64,000 nt of DNA from Eledone cirrhosa (GCA_964016885.1 OZ024742.1:329964001-330028000), one strand, 5' to 3'; counted from the first letter of the stretch, positions 14,001 through 28,860 are shown. Made by a program: numbers and translations. Notes: generated by a model not told the origin, from the letters alone.

Positions 14001-17000
14001 CGATATGAACAGAAACAGAAATTATATACCATTGAGGATTTAAATTCTATAGTATGTTTGTTAGTATTTATTGATATATATACAGAGATAGCATTGAATT
14101 TTTATATTAGTATATTTTAATCCAATCACCTCAATTCTTTTTAAAAGAAAATATCATTTTAAATGGACTGTATTAGCAGTGTATAATGTGAAATGCTTCT
14201 GTTTGACAACATCCAAATACTTTTTAATGTAGTGGCAGAGGTCACATTTCGTACGTGTTCGAAATTATATATTTATATTTAAAAAAATATTAGTATATAT
14301 TGAATTAGGTATCGCTCTAAACCAGATATACATTGTTTTATACATTGAACATTTATATTTTTGACAGCTTCCTGTGTTAAAGAACCTATAAACTAGTTCA
14401 TTCAATTGTGAGTAGTTTAATGTTTTCTTACGTTACGCGGTTTTATCTGCTTCAATGCCATCTGCTTCAATGCCATCTGCTTCAATGCAAGGTTTCCCGT
14501 CTCGGACAGTTGCCTTGCAACTATGTATATTATGGCTGAGCTTCGAGTGGATTTGTTGATCAAGTACTAATAATCGAGATCCAAATCGTAATATATCGAT
14601 CTAAACACTTATTATAATTAACTCTTCTATTAAAAAAAAAAAACCTGGTCGAGTGCTTTCATTGTCGAAAGTGATACTTAAGTATTTAGTACTATCGCAA
14701 TATCCCGATGATCTGGCCACTGCTACTGTCTCGTTAACCTTTTAGCAATTAGCTTCATTCTAACACATCGAATGCCAGAATAGGCCCGAAAATTTAGAAG
14801 GAAGGTCGATAATTTTTCATTGCTCCAACGGGCTAGCTTCCTGATGGGGACTATAAATTTGTTCAGTATTGATATACAATTAATTGAGATTAGCATATAC
14901 GCTTTTTTTACACGGAAGAGCACATATGAGCACTCTACAGGCACATATGAGAATATATTTATTCTGACATTTCCCATGTTAAACAATGCTGACCTGCTAA
15001 TATTTTAAAACCCAAACGGAGAGTACCCTGGAAAAAGGTGCCCCAAAATGGGGTGGAATGAGGCAAAATGAGGAGATTTTACTTAATGAAAGCTATACCC
15101 ATTTTCAAAAGAGAAGTCACCTACCCTAATTTGGACTGAAATAGATACGTCGGAATTGCGTATCGAACTCCTTAATCAAACATTCATGCCTCTGCCTCTC
15201 TCTCCTTCTCTCTCTCTATCTTCCACTCAATCTCTCTCTCTTTTTCTCTTTATCTGTGTCTCTCTCTATATAAACATTGATATCTATATTAAAACATTTA
15301 AACACACAAACTGCCAAAATTGGTGCCTATCATATACATTATATCTATAAATCATGATTCTACCCTTAATAATCTCGGTGATCACACCAATCAGTGGCAG
15401 CGAGTGATCTCACAAATCGATAATATATCTAGTAGTAGCGTGACAGTTATTTATGAAAGTGTTATAAGATCAAAAGGAAATATAATTTCATCTCACCACA
15501 CACAAACACACACTCCCTCCAAATTTCTCGCTCACCAATATATGATACTGATGTCGATTAATTATCATTCTTCTCTCTCCAATATAAAAGTCTACTATAC
15601 TGAGTTCGACTCATCACTCTCTCCCTAAATCATGTGTCCATATGCTACTGTAGCGAACGCTACACCAACTTGTTAAAGTGAGCATTGGTTGACTATTCAT
15701 AATTTGAATGAAATATCAATTTTTTCAATACGTGGGACATTGTACATATTCTAAAAAAATATCATGCATAAATGAAGAGAAAATCCATCACAAACTATCA
15801 AGGGTATGGAGTCACAATATTTTGTGAATGAATTAAAGCTTAAAATGTAATAGAAGTTATGGATCAGATCCAAATATTGTCTTAGATTAGAATATTGTAT
15901 TGTTCAGTCCAGAATAAACCTTCCCTACGCAGCATTATGATCATATGTATGTTAGTTGTAACTAACATTTTTAGAGCTGTATATATATTTCTCTGTTCAA
16001 TGAGTTTTTCTCTACTTAAAATGACGTTGCTTCAATTATAGAAAATACAGTTATTATTTCTAAAAGTTCAATTTACGAGGTGGAGTTTATCTGATTAGCC
16101 CATTACCTTATTCAACTAATGGCTTTTAGCCAGTACAACATTTTCAAAGTTTTACTTCTCAAAAATACGACCAACGCATTCATGTATCTATTTAGTATAG
16201 TGTTCCTACACAACCACTAACGTATTGTACATGTCTACCGAGTAATTTCTATAATGAATCAATTCAATTATTCATTCACAATAGCTTTCTACCTCTGCTA
16301 ATTTAAGGTTGCGAAGTTTCATTTCATTCCTAAAGCTAATAACTCGATTTAAATAAGTTAACAGGTCTACTCGTCAATGTAGCTGATCAATTCATCTTCT
16401 CTGAAACCACAAACAGATGAAATTCACTCAAACCAATGTGTTAATAGAAGGGCAAATTTTGTTAGTCATTAACTAGTTAAATTAATTTACACTCTATGGA
16501 AACGTCTCGCGTAACTGTAAACTCGGTTTATGCCATTCTAATGGATTTCTTAAATACATTTGATACAATCAATCTCAAGGTAATAGCTAATACTCTTACA
16601 AACTTTGATGTGAATCCATCATATCTAACGTAAATGCTATAAGTGTTGAAAACAATATTAAAGATACCAAATTACTGTGTATAAGAGAATATTTGGCAAC
16701 GATTAAGTGCCACACTAATACCTTTGAAGTAAACACTAATGATATCCTGAGTAAATGTTGATGTGTGAAATGTATATTTTTTTTAATTTGGGTTGATCAG
16801 TTACGTACACTGTGAAGGGAATAATCAACCGAGTCCAAGGCTGCAGATTATATAATTTAGGTAATATTCTGGTTTCACACATAACAATATTTGAATAAAT
16901 AGCAATGAGATGTAATGCTGTTGACGTGAAGAACAATGTAATTTAGCTTGAAGAAATTTAAATGAAACATGTAGGAAAAATGTTTGATATTGAAGAAGTT

Positions 17001-18299
17001 TACGGTAGAAAATATACAGGAAATTGTGCACAACCTCACACAAGTGAGTCAACCAAATAAAATGCAATTTCACGCATGGGAATAGGCGAAGTGAAAGAAA
17101 CCCCAAACACCTCTTCTATTTTGACTACCAATCATACAACTTCACATATTTTACAATCTTCCTCAATGCGCATGACTTAAAATATCCATTGCACCAGGCA
17201 TCTTTTCTGTACTTCATTGGCTAGAGTCTGGGCTGGGGGTATTCTGTCTCCTTGCACAAAGAAGATTATGAAAATGAAATATTAATTTAAACTGAGCATG
17301 AATAAAAAAAGGAAATTTGTCGAAGAACTATAAAATTCATCCTGTTTGTATTTCCGTAGTGGTGTTAGTATGGAGGTGATGGGGCTGTGGTCTGGTGGTG
17401 TGATACTCTTATGTGGTGGTTGATTGGTAGTTTGTTACTGTGCTGATGGTGATAATACTTTTAGATGAGTTTGAAGAAGAAAAAAGGAAGTGGATAGATA
17501 GATAATCTGGTAAAGATTATGTCAACAAAATATTGAACGTGTTAAAAAGTCTTGCTCAAATACTGTTTAAAATAATACATGACAACGTCTGTATGTACGT
17601 TTGCTGGTCAATGTAGCAAATACATTGATATTATGTGGCCGATTCAGGATATCAGCATAACATAACATGTGTCCTTGAAACAAAGAGTTGGATAGTGAAG
17701 ACCCAAAATATTCTAGGTCTTCACTATCTCAACTGATCGTAAGAAAGAACACAACATAATACATATTATAATTTTACTCTGATGAAATCAGATTACCGAT
17801 ACTATCTTACGATGAAACCAGAACGTTGCCATGAAAGAAATTGACAGTTTTATCAAAAATATATTGACTTGAATGTCGAAATTACAAGATTGTATTATCT
17901 ACAACCCCCAAAATAAACCAAGAGACTGTCAGTTGCCATATGAGCCTTTGTATCTATAACTGTAAAAATATGTGTGTATGTTGAGGTATAGACATAGAAA
18001 CGCAGACTGCTCACCTACAAACGACTACGTTATGTATAACAGCATGTATATGCATAAATTACTCAAGGTCTAAGGTCCTTGCTGACACTCCATATATAGT
18101 AAGCGATTCAATAATTATTATATTCTCTGTGCAAATGATGTATTATGTATTACTATACACGATTTGCACATCTATTAACTTTACAAAATAGATTTGAATG
18201 AAAAAACTGACAATTGAAAAACTGTTTGTGTGTGTGTGTGGGGGGGGGGGATCTGTATTTACTACTCATTGACAAAAATTTAGTTCACCTATTGTTGAG

Positions 18300-19000
18300 A
18301 GGGAATCGGATGGAGAATCACTTGTCCCAGTGGGTATCGGTGGTGCCCAGCTGGAACAGCCACTTCACCTCGCGGGTCACGTATTTGCAGGTAGCCAACA
18401 CCAACACAATAGCAGTGAGTAGGGATGCGGTCAGGGTTTCAAGTCTCCACTGCCATAAGGTCAACAACAAACGTATCATAGAGCGTCAGATAATTTGACA
18501 CTTTGCCCTATTCAACCTGCCGTTCAATGAAACCTCGGCTGGTAGACGAATGTACCAATTTGGCGCTGGAGAATGTGGCTCAACATGTGGGACCCCGAGT
18601 GAGGGTCTAGCACTGTGGAAAGAGAACATTGTCTTTTGCCGTCCCAACGGTCAAGCTGCGTAGCTCCATGCTGTGTAGGGAAAACTGCGGCGTCCAGACC
18701 ATGTTTTATGATCAGGTTGAGAGCAGTATGTCATCGGAGGCACTCAGCACTGTAATAGAATGATAGTGTGTGTGGAAAAGGAAAGTATCTACATTTGAAC
18801 TGCAGCGGCATTAGTGAGTTTCACGGATCCGGAGTCCGAATCATAGTGAAAGACCGAGCGCAAACAGTAACTGCGAAGAGTCAGGCACGGCAGCGGAGTT
18901 GAAAGTCCGAGCGAAAACATGCCAGACTGTGCTGATCGCGTCAACGCAAAATTATCCATGCGGCCATTATCATTAATCATTATCAACAAGGTCATACATT
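18300..19000 (-). pseudogene. Degenerate CRE-like (restriction-like endonuclease) LINE 3' fragment
   Basis: Minus-strand remnants CRCSSNVD, R*HTALNLIIK, LDRWDGKR, REVKWLFQ. Homologous to 25440-25660. Confidence 0.65.
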
Positions 19001-19420
19001 TGCTCATCAACACTGTACTTATCTTCTACATAAGTAACTTCCCCCACTTTCTCCAATTATACCCCCCCCCCCCTCGACGATTCCAATATAATTTCCTCTC
19101 CTCTTTTTCTCATCATTATCATCATCAACATCGTTAACATTGCATTCAATTTCCTTCAAGTGTTTACGTTACTCTATCATCATTGATTTATTGCCAGCCG
19201 TCATAACTCTCAAATCTATACACTTTGTACGATAAAGGGATAATCATATTGTTCATATGTCTGAATAGATTAATCATAATTGCTCATTTATAATTGAACA
19301 ATTTCAACGCAGATCAATATCCACATGTTTGTAGGAAGTTTTATATTAACAAAAGAATTAACTATATTTGGGCTATTAGTATTCACATATTGTTCCCCTT
19401 GGACGAACGTTTCTTTCTTA

Positions 19421-19459
<39 letters not shown>

Positions 19460-19460
<1 letters not shown>

Positions 19461-19912
19461 TATGTATACGTCCATACGTATATGTATACAGAAGTACAGT
19501 AGTATGTATATATATACATACATGCACATATATATATATATATATATATATGTACGTATGGATTTACCGAGCATGTATTATAATGCTCGGTCTGTTTGTA
19601 AAGAAACATCCCGAATTAAGCGGTACAGTGTTTAGCAACCATCGTTGCCCTTTTGTTCAACACTGACAAAGGAACGATGTACTAGTTTCAACCTTATTAG
19701 CTATCATCAGCACCGTATACCTTCCTGCCAGATGATTGAACGTCTGAAAGTATATACCTTCCTTATGTATAGTAACGGCTAAGCAGCCTAATTTGCATAG
19801 TTAATCGGCCGGGCGCACCGAAAACGCTAAACACTGTACGGCTTAATTCGGGATGTTTCTTTACAAACAAACCGAGCATTATATAAATGGTCGGTAAATT
19901 CAGACGTACATA
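19460..19912 (-). mobile_element. Short non-coding HHR-bearing element, family B, with inverted 3'-end copy
   Basis: Homologous to 46820-47390. Inverted arms ~19553-19636 and 19826-19910. TA flanks. Confidence 0.75.
19674..19716 (-). ncRNA. Minimal type I hammerhead ribozyme
   Basis: ACGGTG-CTGATGA-TAGCTAATAAGGTT-GAAA-CTAG-TA-CATCGT. One stem II mismatch. Confidence 0.75.
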
Positions 19913-19919
19913 TATATAT

Positions 19920-20020
19920 GGCACAAGGCCAGCAAATTACCCAGTGCATTACTGGTACTTTATTTTATCGACCCCGTAAGGATGAAAGGCAAAGTCAACC
20001 TCGGCGGGATTTGAACTCAG
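19920..20020 (-). mobile_element. tRNA-derived SINE fragment (cephalopod-like)
   Basis: Reverse complement of the cccgccgaggttgactttgcctttcatcc...ggggtcgataaaataaagtaccag core seen at 23575 and 46137. Confidence 0.75.
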
Positions 20021-20510
20021 TGCCAAATAATAATGAGTTTGATTCATTGTTGTAAAAAGTATTGATTATTCAGACGCTATTGCACATAATTCCCGCGGTT
20101 AAGATTGAAACATAGGTGTCAGCATTGAGAAAGCTATTTCTGATTTTGGTGGTTAACTTATCTCTAAATACCACGATTCCATACGTTGTATTAATGAAGG
20201 AATGAACATCCATGTTACATTTATATATATTTATTGTTCATGTGTGCTCTCTATGCAATGCATGTTATTCACAGAAATAATCATTGCTATTAGAATCAAT
20301 TCGCTATTTTCCCCAGCTGCTGTCTGTGTACTACTGTGTATAAATGGAATAGTTGCCTGTACTCTATAGATCTTCTTTCGCATTTGTATTTTTTCTGCTT
20401 ACAATTACCAGTTTAGTCACTTTGTCAATGATACCAAAGTATCTTATTTCATTCAGTCATAGAACATAACGTCGTTTCAATGTTCGTATAATATTACTAT
20501 AAATGAGTTT

Positions 20511-20612
20511 TCGAGGTTAACTTTGCCTTTCATCCTTACGGGGTCGATAAAATAAAGTACTAGTAATGTACCTTGTAATTGCTCGCCTTGTGCCAAAAGT
20601 AGAAACAATTAC
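20511..20612 (+). mobile_element. SINE 3' fragment
   Basis: Same core as 23575-23762. Confidence 0.75.
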
Positions 20613-21442
20613 TATAAATTAGTTTTACTTGAATCTTTATAACATATATATTCTTTACTGGAATGAAATCATGATTTACCCGCAAGCAACATGAAAAAAG
20701 CCATTTAATTATTGTAGTATGCAACATTTTTTTTTCATTTACAAAAGTTTCGTCAAATGTGGAACGGGTTTTATACACTGTTATAGATTATCATCCATCT
20801 GTTTGAAGAAGCCTATGTAATACACTATCATTCTACTCGGAGTATTTCTTTGGTATCTCCAATTTAAGATTCAGCATTTTGAGATTGGCTCACACAATTT
20901 CTGCTTACGACTGACTAAGGCAGCTACTCACTACGGGCAACCACTAACATATGTTCAGCCATTGCTCCTTCTCCATACTCATCCTATGTCCAAGCCAGCA
21001 CCGTCCTCTCTCACATATCTGCTTTCTTTCATTCTCATCTTTTCTCTCAGTCTATCCATATATTATCTGCATTTACTCCCAGTCTAATTGTGGATAGTTT
21101 TCAGATTATCTGATCTTATAACTTTTCTATAATTTCTAAAATATCCACGAGTGAAAGTGATTCTATTATTTTGACAGGCTGAATGAGTTATACCTATCGA
21201 AAATTAAATATCTATATATGTCACTGTTGTAACTGGTTATATATAGCACTCCTCCTGGATTGAATGCTCTAAAACCTGGGATATTTATACTTGGTTTGTA
21301 CATATTATTCCCTACGAATGCAACAGTGTTACTCTGGTAGATGTAATTTTGATATGAAATAAAAGGAAATGCCTATATTCTACCGTTGTATTGAGTACCT
21401 TTCTTAACTGTTGTTACCCCATTATACAACTAGGGAGTCTAC

Positions 21443-21526
<84 letters not shown>

Positions 21527-21690
21527 TACAATAACAGAGATAGCTTAACGCTAAACTCCGACTCAACAAACATTAGGTTATATGTTAGTATAACCCAATT
21601 TAAGTGTTTGGGGTGCTAACTATATGTATTTTGTGGAAAGCCAGTTGTATTATTTTATGAGATATAATTAAAGTTAAAATATATGTCTCT

Positions 21691-21815
21691 TTCCAAACAC
21701 TTGTTTCATTATAAGTTTTCTACAAATTGGGAGAATGTTTCCAGTTTATGTAGAAGCCTAACATATATTCATGTAAGAATATATTTAGGTGGGAACTTAT
21801 AATTCTTCAGTGGAA
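21691..21815 (-). ncRNA. Type I hammerhead with 96-nt branched stem II
   Basis: TTCCA-CTGAAGA-[ATTATAAGTT..two hairpins..AACTTATAAT]-GAAA-CAAGTG-TT-TGGAA. Confidence 0.8.
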
Positions 21816-22679
21816 GCCCATTAAACTTTGAAATAAGAAAACATTCTTACCGCAGTTAAAAATCGTGCCCGTAAGCTGCTACTTCACTCATCGAATGACC
21901 GCGAAATTTGAAATTCCAGCAGTCTTTTGACTGAGGAAGTTTCATAGCGTCACGAAGCAGCAAAGGGAGACAACCACGACACGAGAAAATAAAAAAATAA
22001 TATACACTCGGGTTAATTAGTTTTTTCAAAAACATTATCAATCCAACGTGTTAAGAACTCAATTGAAATTAAAAAAATAAATGTATGCGTGTATTAATTA
22101 CACACTCATACAGATATTTTCTTAGGCTAAAAACAGAGGTGATACCAAAATAACAAACCACATCACATCACCGCAGCAAATACTGGAGGTTACGCTATAA
22201 AGGCAATTGGGAATGTAAATCTCTGGCCAAATTAAGAGTAAAATATTTAATACACGCGGGTTAATTAGTTATTTAAAACTATTATCTATTCCAAGTGTTA
22301 AGAACTCAATTAATTTTTAAAAATAAATGTATGCATGTAATTATTTACACACGCATATATATATATTTTCCTAGGCTAAAAGCAGAGAAGTGACAACCAA
22401 AAAACCTCCATATCTCACAACAGTAACAAATACAGAAAGTTATGTTTATAAGGTACCTGGAAATAAGTACCTCTGGCCAAATCAAGAGTAACATAATTAA
22501 TACAATAACAGAGATAGCTTAACGCTATACTCCGACTGGTAACCATCTCATTCAACAAACATTAGGTTATATGTTAGTATAACCCAATTTAAGTGTTTGG
22601 GGTGCTAACTATATGTATTTTGTGGAAAGCCAGTTGTATTATTTTATGAGATATAATTAAAGTTAAAATATATCTCTCT

Positions 22680-22804
22680 TACCAAACAATTGTTTCATTA
22701 TAAGTTTTCTACAAATTGGGGGAAAGTTTCCAGTTTATGTATAAGCCTAACATATATTCGTGTAATAATATATTTAGGTGGGCACTTATAAATCTTCAGT
22801 GGAA
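22680..22804 (-). ncRNA. Second copy of the branched-stem-II hammerhead
   Basis: Same architecture as 21691-21815, with palindromic stem III CAATTG. Confidence 0.75.
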
Positions 22805-22993
22805 GCCCATTAAACTTTGAAATAGGAAAAAATTATTACCGCAGTTAAAAATCGTGTCCGCTAAGCTGCTCCTTCACGCATCGAATGACCGCCAAATTTG
22901 AAATTCCAGCACACTTTAGACTGAGGAAGTTTCATAGCGTCACGAAGCGGGAAAGGGAGACAACCACGACACGAGAAAATAAAAAAATAAATA

Positions 22994-23056
<63 letters not shown>

Positions 23057-23296
23057 AGATCTTTCGAAGAAACACTGCTTCGAAATCTCGAGACGTATCT
23101 GATGATCTGATGATCTTGCGATTTCATCGCGTCGATCATGCCTCGAGCTGGTCACCAGACAAACGATTGTAATATGTCTAATACATTTTAATTCGTCGAA
23201 CCACTGATTCACCGTTTCTTTGTGATATTATACCCTGCTCTGTAAGAGCATCGAGTGCTCAAACGGCCTACCACATACGGACACTTTAAGCATACC

Positions 23297-23355
<59 letters not shown>

Positions 23356-23530
23356 CTAAAGATGGTTAAAAGAGGTCCATGTATTTTATTATGCGCATTT
23401 CAAATACATGGAACTATTTTAACCATCTTTTGATTTTATATTATTTATACTCCAGTCCTATAAACTGTTGAGTGCTACTTATCCGATATTTGCATTGCTT
23501 TATTGAGCTACAATAAAACTCACCTCCTAC

Positions 23531-23574
<44 letters not shown>

Positions 23575-23758
23575 GGGCGGTGGATTGGCAGTATCGGTAG
23601 AGGGTCGGACGCCATGCTTTCCAGCATAGTTACGTCCCTTTACGATCTGTTTTCAAATCCCGCCGAGGTTGACTTTGCCTTTCATCCATACGGGGTCGAT
23701 AAAATAAAGTACCAGTAATGAACTGGGTAATTGCTGGCCTTGTGCCTAAAGTAGAAAC

Positions 23759-23762
<4 letters not shown>
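23575..23762 (+). mobile_element. tRNA-derived SINE (cephalopod-like), near full length
   Basis: A-box-like tggcagtatcgg and degenerate B-box ttcaaatcc. Near-identical to 46137-46322. Confidence 0.8.
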
Positions 23763-23827
<65 letters not shown>

Positions 23828-25439
23828 TTTGTTTTATTCATTGATTATTTCTTCAGAACAAATGGGATATTTGAAAGGCTACAATATATATATGAAAAAA
23901 ATAAGGAAGGTAGGGGGAAATACAGAAATAAAATATGCGGGGCATGCAAAACCACACGAGAAGTTATATATTCGTAGAACTTTTTTCTAATGCAGCACAG
24001 TTTGATTCAATATGAAGAAAATCATACAATAGTATACAGTACTTCCATGAACTTAATTAATACACATGTTATTTTTAAATGAACTTTAAGGAAAGTGACA
24101 TTATCGAAGTATTTCGTAATATTTTGGGAATGTGTAATTGGGTGCCTGGAAAAGTGTACGAATGTGTTTAATACAATTTAGTTCTGTTAAACTATATATG
24201 TAAAAGTTCATACGAGGTTAAAAAAGTAGAGTTAAGTTTAGAAGCCATAGGAATATATAAAGTTTGTTTCATCTACTACGGCTTAATCGGATGAAACACA
24301 AACTAGAGAATATAAGCATACTGTTTTATAAACATATGAGTGGGAAACTAATGTTTTCTTTATGACGATGTGATTATAGGGATTCTTATCATGTATGGAT
24401 TGTGACGCGACTAAAAATATTTGAATTGTTATATGAACAAATATGTGTGCTAGATTACGAATGATTTATATTATCTTAAATCAAATAAGCACAGAACGAA
24501 TATATATCTTTATAAAACTATTCAGAAAATCATTTATATCCAAATAAAACTAACTCCAAACGAAATGAAAATATATAGTCTAACAAAGAAAAAACCATGA
24601 AAGAAAAACCACGACAAAATGTACTAACGGTACGTATGAAGGCCATAGATAAAATGATAAATGAAATAATATTACATAATTGTGACTATACTAATGACTA
24701 CTTTTAGGAGAAAATGTATTTTGAAATATTTAAAGTGGTAGGTAAAAGATATTTTAATATATACATCCAAAACGGTCATGATAAATTTTAAATTAGGATA
24801 ATTTTTCAGATATAACCTGACAATTTTTTTCAAAATGTTATGATGGTGGGCAATTTTTGTCGACATGCTTCATGATATTCGATGGAACAACGTCATGATT
24901 GACTGATTCAAATATATTAAATGCGGCATTTAATAAATTTGAAGTCAATACTACAGGAAGCCAATACTGACATATTAAGAAGTTTCATTCATTAAGATGA
25001 GAAATTGCAAAAATGAGAAATAATTTCCAATTTAAATTAAACAAATAAATATAAAGAATTAAGCATCGAGGCTAAATTTATGTATAAGACATGTATAAAA
25101 GTATATATATATATTAATTCCTTCCTAAAAATTATGATATACATCTGACTGCTTAAATCAAAAGATCTTACAAAAAGCAACTGGCGTCCCTGTTGATTAC
25201 TTCTTGGGTAAACATAAATGTTCGAGTCTAATAATATGGAGGTAGATAACTGCTATATTTTAGTCAATATATCGTTACTATCGTTTTTCTTTCACCATTT
25301 CGATCCATCATAAAACCGTGGTGTTTTCGTTGTTTAACATATGATGTTCTTTGAGTACTCAACAACTTATAATAAGATACCATTCTTACGATACCACCCC
25401 CATCTCTCTCGACCTCCCCATCTCTCGCCCTACCCATTA

Positions 25440-25660
25440 CTCTCGGCGGACAGAATGGAGAAGACATTTCTCCGTAGGATGGTAAGGGTGATGCGCTGGA
25501 AGAGCAATTCCATCTCGCGAGGCTCGTACCTGCGGTTGGCCAACTCAGCACCTATGGTAGTAAGTGGGGAGGTTGTCCTAGGGCCAGCCAAGGATACCAT
25601 AACTCTTCACTGCCAAGGGCACGACCGCAAGCCTATCGGAGAGCGACCCAATCTCACTTA
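25440..25660 (-). pseudogene. CRE-like LINE C-terminal fragment
   Basis: Translates to TTIGAELANRRYEPREMELLFQRITLTILRRNVFSILSA, resembling the FQR.S....RGN terminus of this LINE group. Confidence 0.65.
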
Positions 25661-26699
25661 AAATGTATCTTATTCATATAGAGGTGATATATATAAAGTA
25701 TATATTTTCGCAGCTGACGCCTATTGGAATCGAACAATGAACAATGCACCTGCTGCCTAGAATTCTCTAAATACCTGCAATATATATTCTCCGTCGTTTT
25801 GTTGATATATTCTTACCACTTCTACTCTCTGTAAAGCTTTTGTAACATATCTTACTCAATTTTCCTTTCTACGCACATTTTCTTTATATGAATATATATT
25901 TCTGAAATGAATAATTAATGTATATCTCATGTTGTTTTGTTTATCTTTATCTTAGTGTTGCTTTTATGCGTAAATACTTAATATTTAAACATTTACAGTC
26001 TATATATATGTTACAATGTTTCAGTAATTTAATTACTTGATCTGTTCCAACGTATAATATGCTTTATGTGATGTCATTATATTTACCTTTGAGATTGTTC
26101 TTTTTTTAAAACTTAATTCATATTATCTGTTATGACAGACATAATATCTCTTGTAAAATGCATTACGGACCTCACCTTTTTTTCGTGTTTCCTATATATA
26201 TTTCAAAGTAGGACTGTCGGCAGATATGGTTGCTGTTAATATATTCAATGTTCTTTTATAATAATAAATCAAGTTTGATTATTTATAAAAATAACAACAT
26301 CAATATGTGATTTTTCGTGTCAGTTGTAATTCCTTCAGATATATAGTATGTATATATTCAGTTATATAATCATTCTTTCAGTCGTAAAACTGCTGCAGGT
26401 CTGGGCCACAACGTTCAAACGAATTAGTCGATAATAACGAGATAAGTTCTTATTCGTCAAGCAAGACACTTGTTTACCGATTCTCTTTTATCCAACCACT
26501 AATTGTCGGGATTCAAAAAAATATGTATCCCAAACATTAGGCAGATGCATGCACAGATACCCACTCACATGCACACACACACGCACACACACACATACAC
26601 ACACGCGCGCACACGCACACACATACACAAACACACACATACATATATATATTTATATATATATATATATATATATGTGTGGGTGTGTGTGTATATATA

Positions 26700-27186
26700 T
26701 ATTTGGTTTGCGAGGTTTTTGCTATGAAATCGTGTGACGAAACAAATATTGTTATACTTGGGAAGGCTAATATTGTAATATTATTGCCAGAAATAAGAAC
26801 AGAACACACTCACTGTTTGGTTGGCCTTCGCTTCTGCATCCTTTATATCGCCATAGTTAATTCATTGGGCCATCGATGTTTATCACTGTCTGACAAACGG
26901 TCAAAAATACAGATATAAATAGATATATATAGTCTAACAATGTTCTTTCGTTGCACATCTGCAACCATCATGTTTATTTTTAGATGTGCAACGAAAGAAC
27001 TTTGTTAGACAATATATATGTATTAATATCTGTATTTTTTACCGTTGGTCAGTCAGTGATAAATATCGATGGCCAAATGAATTAACTATGGAGATATAGA
27101 AGTGCAGAAGCGAAAGCCAACCAAACAGTGTGTTCTGTTAATATTTCTGGCAATATTATTACAACAATATGACCGGCCCCAAGTAT

Positions 27187-27192
<6 letters not shown>
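26700..27192. mobile_element. Older palindromic relic of the 3' end of the PLE family at 38771 and 62979
   Basis: Homologous to 62990-63275. Fold-back centre ~26975 lies in the HHR stem II region. Confidence 0.75.
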
Positions 27193-27223
<31 letters not shown>

Positions 27224-27258
27224 CATATACATATACACATATATATATATATGTATTC

Positions 27259-27299
<41 letters not shown>

Positions 27300-27304
27300 A
27301 ATAC

Positions 27305-27797
27305 GTCACGATTCTTAGCCATTTTTTTATGTATTCTTGGCGTGATCACTTTGAATAATTTATTGTCTAAATTTGAGCTAACTTCCTGAAGAGTCCGGTG
27401 CCCTAGATGCCCGATGCTATCGGATATCTTAAAATGCGGACGAAACCATGGTAGAGGTAACTAAATATGTTCACTTTTCTCCTAGTTTATTTTACACATA
27501 ATTCTGATTAGTTGACTGTATATCTGAGCGATTTATACACGCTGTCGAAATACTCGGTAAATACTCCGTCGCAACCGACGCGTAGGGCTGTTTTCGGTTA
27601 TTTGTCGGAGATTTCTTCAAGAAGCTTTTATTCTTATAGCTTGGTCTAATCGATTTTTATATGGTTAATTATGCTAATTGGGAGAGGAAATGGTATATAT
27701 TTTATCTGGTGATTCTATAGACATGTTTTATGATATATAGCTCTGATTATTTAATTTATTAACTCTTCATTGAGCCACAAAGTGACCCGTTGCAAAA
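27305..27797 (+). mobile_element. Non-coding PLE 3'-end/pLTR-like fragment with HHR
   Basis: Unique ~490-bp block between microsatellites containing a canonical HHR. Confidence 0.65.
27381..27458 (+). ncRNA. Type I hammerhead with 49-nt extended stem II
   Basis: ACTTC-CTGAAGA-GTCCG..AGATGCCCGAT gct ATCGGATATCT..CGGAC-GAAA-CCATGG-TA-GAGGT. Confidence 0.9.
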
Positions 27798-27913
27798 CAC
27801 ACACACACATATATATATATATAAACCTTTATATATATATATATATATATATAAAATATTAAACAAATAATGAATAAAACAATGAAACAGTTCCTTATAT
27901 TAAACAAAAAAAG

Positions 27914-28068
27914 TTCATTATTTAACGATCGTTTCTAGGATATATATGTGTTAGAATTGGCATGCATATTCAACAGATCTATGTACAAAATTATACAAAA
28001 TTATACAAACTATCAAGATTAAATATACATACCAAACACACATATACGCCGTCTTCAGAAATAATGAA
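27914..28068 (-). ncRNA. Hammerhead with 116-nt stem II (inverted copy)
   Basis: Reverse complement of 37600-37754 with a few substitutions. Confidence 0.72.
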
Positions 28069-28689
28069 ATATCTTTATTGATAATAACAACAATTCAAAA
28101 TTTCAGGTCCGTTTGGGAACAAAATTGACCAATGAAAATACAAAAGGTTTTATGTAGTTTGGCGTGTGTATATACATGTAACTACCCCGTACACATATTT
28201 ATACAAAGATGTATGCTCAACATGCATACGCATGCCAAAAAGATGCATGCAAATACAAAATTTCAAGGTTAATGTCACTGTAAGTTTATAATGCACAGAT
28301 AAGATGCGTATAGACACATAAATATGAAATAAGTGTATACACATATTCTCATACTCACACATATCCGTACACTCACACACACGCGCGCGTATATGCATAA
28401 ACATACACATAATTACGAACATACATACACACACACACCCCCACACACATATATATATGTGGATATAATATTATCATAAGCACATGGATATTAATTCACT
28501 CACATAAACACTGCCACACACATTTAGATCAAGATACAGAAATTAGGTGGGAGGGGGGGAGAGGTCAGTATTCAACGGTTTGGGCAGACTGCTTATTTAT
28601 AGATGTATCTATAAACTAAGAAATAAAAAATAAAAATTAAAAAGGAAAGAAAAGAAAAAGAAAAAAGAAAAAAGAAATATATCAAGAAA

Positions 28690-28772
<83 letters not shown>

Positions 28773-28860
28773 CACACATCTACACTTAGAACACACATAC
28801 ACACACATATATAAACATATAGATATACACACATACACACATATACACACATACATATAA

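Larger units (their letters stand above)
21523..22995 (-). mobile_element. 1.5-copy tandem of a ~0.98-kb non-coding HHR-bearing unit (pLTR/retrozyme-like)
   Basis: Unit restarts at ~22497. HHRs are 989 nt apart. Internal ~245-bp diverged duplication at 22000-22496. TA tracts on both sides. Confidence 0.8.

Noticed and set aside
14444-14490. Short tandem repeats (also near 40141 and 43365) as possible CRISPR-like arrays
   Set aside because: Only 2-3 contiguous copies without spacers; ordinary slippage duplications in eukaryotic DNA.
17685-17830. Short inverted repeat plus CTGATGA..GAAA
   Set aside because: No UH site or stem I; at best an old decayed HHR element.
23057-23300. CTGATGA repeats and CTGTAAGA-GCA..TGCTC-AAA-CGGCC-TA
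   Set aside because: Too many core defects to call a ribozyme.
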